From: a virus
Taxonomy: Duplodnaviria; Heunggongvirae; Uroviricota; Caudoviricetes
IMG/VR virus record: IMGVR_UViG_2534682091_000016
Strand: one strand, 5' to 3'
Length of the DNA: 40,141 nucleotides
The translations under genes and the position numbers were made by a program. A model generated the notes under the pieces. That model was not told where the DNA came from. It did not search any database and saw only the letters and a list, made by a program, of their open reading frames with translations. The first letter of the stretch is position 1, and the number at the start of each line of letters is the position of its first letter. Shown here piece after piece: positions 35,926 to 40,141 of this stretch.

Positions 35926-37155
35926 ATGGCAAAAATCGCTAAGAAGCTCACTGACACTGAAATCAAAAGCACCAAGCCAGCCGATAAAGAAATCAACTTG
36001 TTTGACGGTGATGGTCTGATTCTACGAATCGCTCCTTTGGCGAAAGGAGGCAAGAAAAATTGGTATTTCAGGTATGCAGTACCAGTGAGCAAGAAAAGAA
36101 CCAAAATGAGCCTTGGGACATATCCTCACCTTACCCTTGCAAGAGCCAGAGCCTTACGTGATGAATATCTCTCCTTTCTGGCAAATGGTGTTGATCCCCA
36201 AATCCATAACAACGATAAGGCGAAGGCATTAAAGAGTGCTACTGAGCACACTCTCCAAGCCGTAGCGCGGAAATGGTTAGATGAGAAGGTAAAGACATCA
36301 GGTATCTCACAAGACCATGCAGCAGACATCTGGCGCAGCTTAGAGAGAAATGTCTTTCCCGGTCTGGGTAATGTCCCTATCAATGAGATCCGACCTAAGC
36401 TCTTAAAACAACACCTTGATCCTATTGAGCAACGAGGCGTATTGGAAACTCTACGCCGTATCATTTCACGTCTGAATGAAATCTTCCGGTGGGCAGCTAC
36501 TGAAGAACTTATTGAGTTCAACCCGGCTGACAACCTTGGTCAAAGATTCAGTAAACCAAAAAAGCAAAATATGCCTGCCCTTCCCCCAAGCGAATTGCCA
36601 AGGTTTATGGAATCTTTGACGAATGCGTCAATCCGGTTGGAAACACGTATGCTAATTGAATGGCAATTGTTGACATGGGTTCGTCCGGGTGAAGCCGTTC
36701 GCGCAAGGTGGTCTGATATTGATACAACCAACAGCATTTGGAACATTCCTGCTGATTTCATGAAAATGAAAAAGCTTCACAAAGTTCCTTTGAGTAAAGA
36801 AGCTTTGCGCATCCTTGAATTAATGAAATCAATAAGTGGGCATAGAGAATGGGTTTTCCCCAGCATAAAAGCGCCTCTTAATCATATGCATGAACAAACA
36901 GCCAACGCAGCTATCATCCGAATGGGGTTCGGAGGCGAGCTTGTAGCTCACGGTATGCGTTCTATTGCACGAACAGCGGCAGAGGAGTCTGGTAAATTCA
37001 GAGCTGAAGTTCTTGAGGCAGCGCTTGCCCACTCGAAAAAAGATGAAATTATCGCAGCATACAATCGTGCAGAATATCTGATAGAGCGACAGAGTTTGAT
37101 GCAATGGTGGAGTGATTACGTTCAAGCTCAAAGATCAAATGCTCTGGTAGCCTAA
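35926..37155 (+). CDS. P4-type tyrosine integrase (CP4-57 IntA-like)
   Basis: N-terminus MAKIAKKLTDTEIKSTKPADKE...DGDGL is the typical P4-family arm-binding start; HGMRS and C-terminal Tyr region present; GAGGG Shine-Dalgarno. Longest ORF starts at 35884. Confidence 0.85.
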   Translation: MAKIAKKLTDTEIKSTKPADKEINLFDGDGLILRIAPLAKGGKKNWYFRYAVPVSKKRTKMSLGTYPHLTLARARALRDEYLSFLANGVDPQIHNNDKAKALKSATEHTLQAVARKWLDEKVKTSGISQDHAADIWRSLERNVFPGLGNVPINEIRPKLLKQHLDPIEQRGVLETLRRIISRLNEIFRWAATEELIEFNPADNLGQRFSKPKKQNMPALPPSELPRFMESLTNASIRLETRMLIEWQLLTWVRPGEAVRARWSDIDTTNSIWNIPADFMKMKKLHKVPLSKEALRILELMKSISGHREWVFPSIKAPLNHMHEQTANAAIIRMGFGGELVAHGMRSIARTAAEESGKFRAEVLEAALAHSKKDEIIAAYNRAEYLIERQSLMQWWSDYVQAQRSNALVA

Positions 37156-37193
37156 GTATCAGAATAGCTAATATAATCCTGAAGGTAAAGAAA

Positions 37194-37610
37194 ATGGAAA
37201 CCCTATTCAAAGTTTTTGAAAAATTTAGTTCCAGACCACTTTTTTTTATTTTTTTCGGACTCTCACTTTGTGAATTTTTTCAGAAACAATCTGTTCTGAT
37301 GAATCCATCAGCAGATAACATCGCGAAATTATTCGCAGCCATGATATTAGTTGTTTTTTTTACTTGGGGATTTGAATGGCTAATCTTCAAGTTCAATGTA
37401 AACCTTGAACCTCATGATCAAGGCGATATTGGACCAACAATTGGAACGGCTACTTTAGCTGTATACTTAGTTTATGCCTTTCACTTTCTCAGTGAAAATC
37501 CTGAAGCATTAAATTTAAAGTTATTAACTAACTCTGGCTTTATATACAGCACAACTCTATTATTATTCTCATTAGAATGCATGAAGCTTAGAAGACTTAA
37601 ACAAAAATAA
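37194..37610 (+). CDS. Hypothetical integral membrane protein (about 4 TM helices)
   Basis: 138 aa with four hydrophobic stretches; AT-rich; between the P4-type int and the two-component-like module. Confidence 0.5.
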   Translation: METLFKVFEKFSSRPLFFIFFGLSLCEFFQKQSVLMNPSADNIAKLFAAMILVVFFTWGFEWLIFKFNVNLEPHDQGDIGPTIGTATLAVYLVYAFHFLSENPEALNLKLLTNSGFIYSTTLLLFSLECMKLRRLKQK

Positions 37611-37682
37611 ACAACATCATTGTGATGATAAATATAAAATAGGCATGGCGAAAAAAAAATCACCACGCCTAAAATATAATAA

Positions 37683-39449
37683 TTATGGTAGCATCATTGA
37701 TACATAATCCACACCAATCCTTGAGCTATACTGAGACGCTATAGCCTGATATCTTTCTGCATAACCAGTTCTCAGTTGAGATTTAAGTTTGAGTCGGACA
37801 GGAACATTTTGCACGTTGCCATCCATATTACTTAAAAACACGGCAGAAATAATATTTTTTTCTTCGCCATCAACTGTTGTTCCATGATTCAACACCACCA
37901 TATAATCAACAACAGGAAGCGTTTTATCCCCTTCGAAAATAGAGAGATATTTTCTTTGATTTTTATGCATTACATATATATATTTCGAATGTTCAGCAAA
38001 TGGCAATGCTTTACTCTGACTGGCGTTAAAAAGCTCCAGAACTTTAATGAGCCTGTGCGGACTTAATCTTACATGGTGAGGGTCGTTACCCTGAGTAGGA
38101 ACCAAATCACATGCCGCAGATACACATAAATACCATTTGTTCGACTCTGTATCAAAGAAAATAGTGCCAGTAGAAATATGACCATCTTCAAAATTCTTTG
38201 AAGACAAATTCATATTTAAAGCATGATACATTTCGTGATAAGTATCATTATTTGATGGCAGATCCATTTTTGAAGAGCAATATTGGAGCAATGCAGCAAC
38301 TCCGCTGTTAGCGTATTCATTTGAATAGCTATCAAAAACACTTTTGATAAATTCATCCAGCGTATTATTATTTTTAAGTCTTTGATAAAGCTCTTCTGAT
38401 AAATTACCAAATACAAAGTCAATATTTCTACATCTAATATCAGGCGAGTCTGATTTTAATATCTCATTTAACCACGCAGCTTGACCGTAATGATCGTTAG
38501 CCAAATGATTTACAAAAGATAAAGCCTCAGCTTCGATTGCATTCTGAATTTCAGATTTTATTAACTGATAATAAGATGGTTTCCATTCAATGAGAGAATC
38601 ATTGAGAGTTTGCCAAATCCTATCTCCATCGTTTTCATGATCATCTTGAACCTTATGAAATAGGGAGACAAAGATATTACCACATTGAATCCATTTTACT
38701 CCGCTTTCATCACCCCGAATGACATTGCCAGATGTGTTGCTAGAAATAATTGCATTTCTAGACACAGCATATTCTGCAATCATTTTTGCAATGAAGTTTT
38801 TATCCTTTTGATCCTCCAACACAGCATCATCATGTATTAATCTTTTAATTCTTCTACAAGGCTTACTGTCTTTAATATAGGCTATTGTTTCATCTCTTGT
38901 GAGAGCTTTATTACCATTATCATTTAAGTTCGGTAATACAACGTCTTCCCAATAACTTTGGACATCTTCATTATCGTAGTCAATGATCAAGCTGTTGATA
39001 TCCAGAGCACCTTTGAGAGTCGATGATATCTGCATCCAAACCGTTTCTAAATTCTCTCTAGTATATATTACAATCATATTTAAATGATCGGAGTCTTTCA
39101 AATCTTGTAATAGTTTAAGTGTTTTATCAGGTGCATTATTATCAAGATGATAATCTACAATAATAAGATCTGATTTTCTAATCCGATCCACATCGAAATT
39201 AACAGAACCATTGTCAACATCACAAATCATATTTTTAGATTGAAAAAAGCTCTCAAGAGTAGCGGCTCGTTTAGATGAGTCAATTTTGTTGTAGTCTAAA
39301 TCAACTTCGTTATTCAACGCCCTGATTGATTCAGAATACGTCAGAAAATCGTCATCAATCATGACAACGGAACGAATTGCATTTTCGCAGAAAGTTTTCT
39401 GGACAAGAGAATTATAATTTGCCACTGTCATATTAGAACTCCACTCCAT
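37683..39449 (-). CDS. Receiver (REC)-like domain protein with large uncharacterised C-terminal domain
   Basis: 588 aa; N-terminus has receiver hallmarks in order (VVMIDDD, LIIVDYHL, IVIYTRE, downstream Lys); remaining 450 aa unrecognised; start overlaps the upstream ATPase gene by 17 nt. Confidence 0.6.
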   Translation of the reverse strand: MEWSSNMTVANYNSLVQKTFCENAIRSVVMIDDDFLTYSESIRALNNEVDLDYNKIDSSKRAATLESFFQSKNMICDVDNGSVNFDVDRIRKSDLIIVDYHLDNNAPDKTLKLLQDLKDSDHLNMIVIYTRENLETVWMQISSTLKGALDINSLIIDYDNEDVQSYWEDVVLPNLNDNGNKALTRDETIAYIKDSKPCRRIKRLIHDDAVLEDQKDKNFIAKMIAEYAVSRNAIISSNTSGNVIRGDESGVKWIQCGNIFVSLFHKVQDDHENDGDRIWQTLNDSLIEWKPSYYQLIKSEIQNAIEAEALSFVNHLANDHYGQAAWLNEILKSDSPDIRCRNIDFVFGNLSEELYQRLKNNNTLDEFIKSVFDSYSNEYANSGVAALLQYCSSKMDLPSNNDTYHEMYHALNMNLSSKNFEDGHISTGTIFFDTESNKWYLCVSAACDLVPTQGNDPHHVRLSPHRLIKVLELFNASQSKALPFAEHSKYIYVMHKNQRKYLSIFEGDKTLPVVDYMVVLNHGTTVDGEEKNIISAVFLSNMDGNVQNVPVRLKLKSQLRTGYAERYQAIASQYSSRIGVDYVSMMLP

Positions 39450-39818
39450 TGAACTGGATCACAAAATTAGCGCCATCTTTTATTAAATAGTTATCGCCTT
39501 CATCAGGTTCTGAATACCATATTTTATGATGTGCAACAGCAAGGTTTTCTCGACATAGATACAGACCTACCCCATGTCCATTTGCTCTTTTGCTATAAAA
39601 TAGTTCAAATAGTCGCGGGATATCATCGGTATCAATTGCCGGACCAGAATTTGCTATGATAACCAAAGAATTCACAAAACCAATCTTTATGAGCCTATTA
39701 TTTGACAGACTGACCCAATACATTGCATTGTTGATAATATTAGTAAAAACAGGATAGATCCTTGATGGTATATCTGTTATTGCGATTTGCTTAAACTCTT
39801 CACTAAATTCAATAGTTA
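39433..39818 (-). pseudogene. Histidine-kinase-type ATPase (HATPase_c) gene, 5'-truncated by IS3 insertion
   Basis: N-box (VFTNIINNAMYW), G1 (ANSGPAID) and G2 (GHGVGLYL) boxes present; frame is open to the IS3 boundary with no start codon in native sequence; the apparent start of the track ORF lies inside the IS3 terminal repeat. Confidence 0.6.
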
Positions 39819-40141
39819 TGATCTTACCCAGCAATAGTGGACACGCGGCTAAGTGAGTAAACTCTCAGTCAGAGGTGACTCACATGACAAAAACAGTATC
39901 AACCAGTAAAAAACCCCGTAAACAGCATTCGCCTGAATTTCGCAGTGAAGCCCTGAAGCTTGCTGAACGCATCGGTGTTACTGCCGCAGCCCGTGAACTC
40001 AGCCTGTATGAATCACAGCTCTACAACTGGCGCAGTAAACAGCAAAATCAGCAGACGTCTTCTGAACGTGAACTGGAGATGTCTACCGAGATTGCACGTC
40101 TCAAACGCCAGCTGGCAGAACGGGATGAAGAGCTGGCTATC
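39819..40141 (+). mobile_element. IS3 insertion sequence, left end (partial)
   Basis: Terminal sequence TGATCTTACCCAGCAATAGTGGACACGCGG... followed 65 nt later by the orfA start, matching IS3 as recalled. Confidence 0.8.
39884..40141 (+). CDS. insA: IS3 transposase OrfA (partial, continues past window end)
   Basis: Translation MTKTVSTSKKPRKQHSPEFRSEALKLAERIGVTAAARELSLYESQLYNWRSKQQ... matches IS3 OrfA as recalled. Confidence 0.85.
   Translation, partial: MTKTVSTSKKPRKQHSPEFRSEALKLAERIGVTAAARELSLYESQLYNWRSKQQNQQTSSERELEMSTEIARLKRQLAERDEELAI

Noticed and set aside
37620-37680. Possible bidirectional terminator between the membrane-protein gene and the receiver-domain gene
   Set aside because: The candidate stem (GGCATGGCG/CACCACGCC) pairs imperfectly; not convincing without folding energy calculation.
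1-40141. CRISPR array
   Set aside because: No series of regularly spaced short direct repeats anywhere; the only exact repeats found are the 45-bp att copies and the invertase crossover sites.

Overview
The window opens with smpB and a complete tmRNA gene (ssrA, 698..1060). A P2/186-family (Fels-2-like) prophage is integrated into the 3' end of ssrA and runs from about 1061 to 35715, bounded by a 45-bp direct repeat of the ssrA 3' end (1016..1060 and 35716..35760). In window order it contains ogr, the tail genes D-U-T-E/E'-FII-FI, a Gin/Pin-type invertase with a 1.6-kb invertible tail-fibre segment, the baseplate and fibre genes H-I-J-W-V, S-R, a lysis cassette, capsid genes X-L-M-N-O, terminase P and portal Q, a cos-like site, an SOS (LexA-box) module, replication gene A, dam, a 186-like early region and a tyrosine integrase. 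Three AT-rich accessory insertions sit in it: a DprA-like plus phosphoribosyltransferase pair between the portal gene and cos, a kinase-deaminase fusion resembling defensive dCTP deaminases between int and the att repeat, and a BRCT-like gene between ogr and ssrA. After the second att repeat a second, P4-type integrase island begins in tandem; it carries a membrane protein and a two-component-like module (a large receiver-domain protein plus a histidine-kinase ATPase gene) whose kinase gene is truncated by an IS3 copy at the window edge. All calls are from reading the sequence and ORF translations by eye; no database search was run, and family assignments rest on recalled motifs and gene order.
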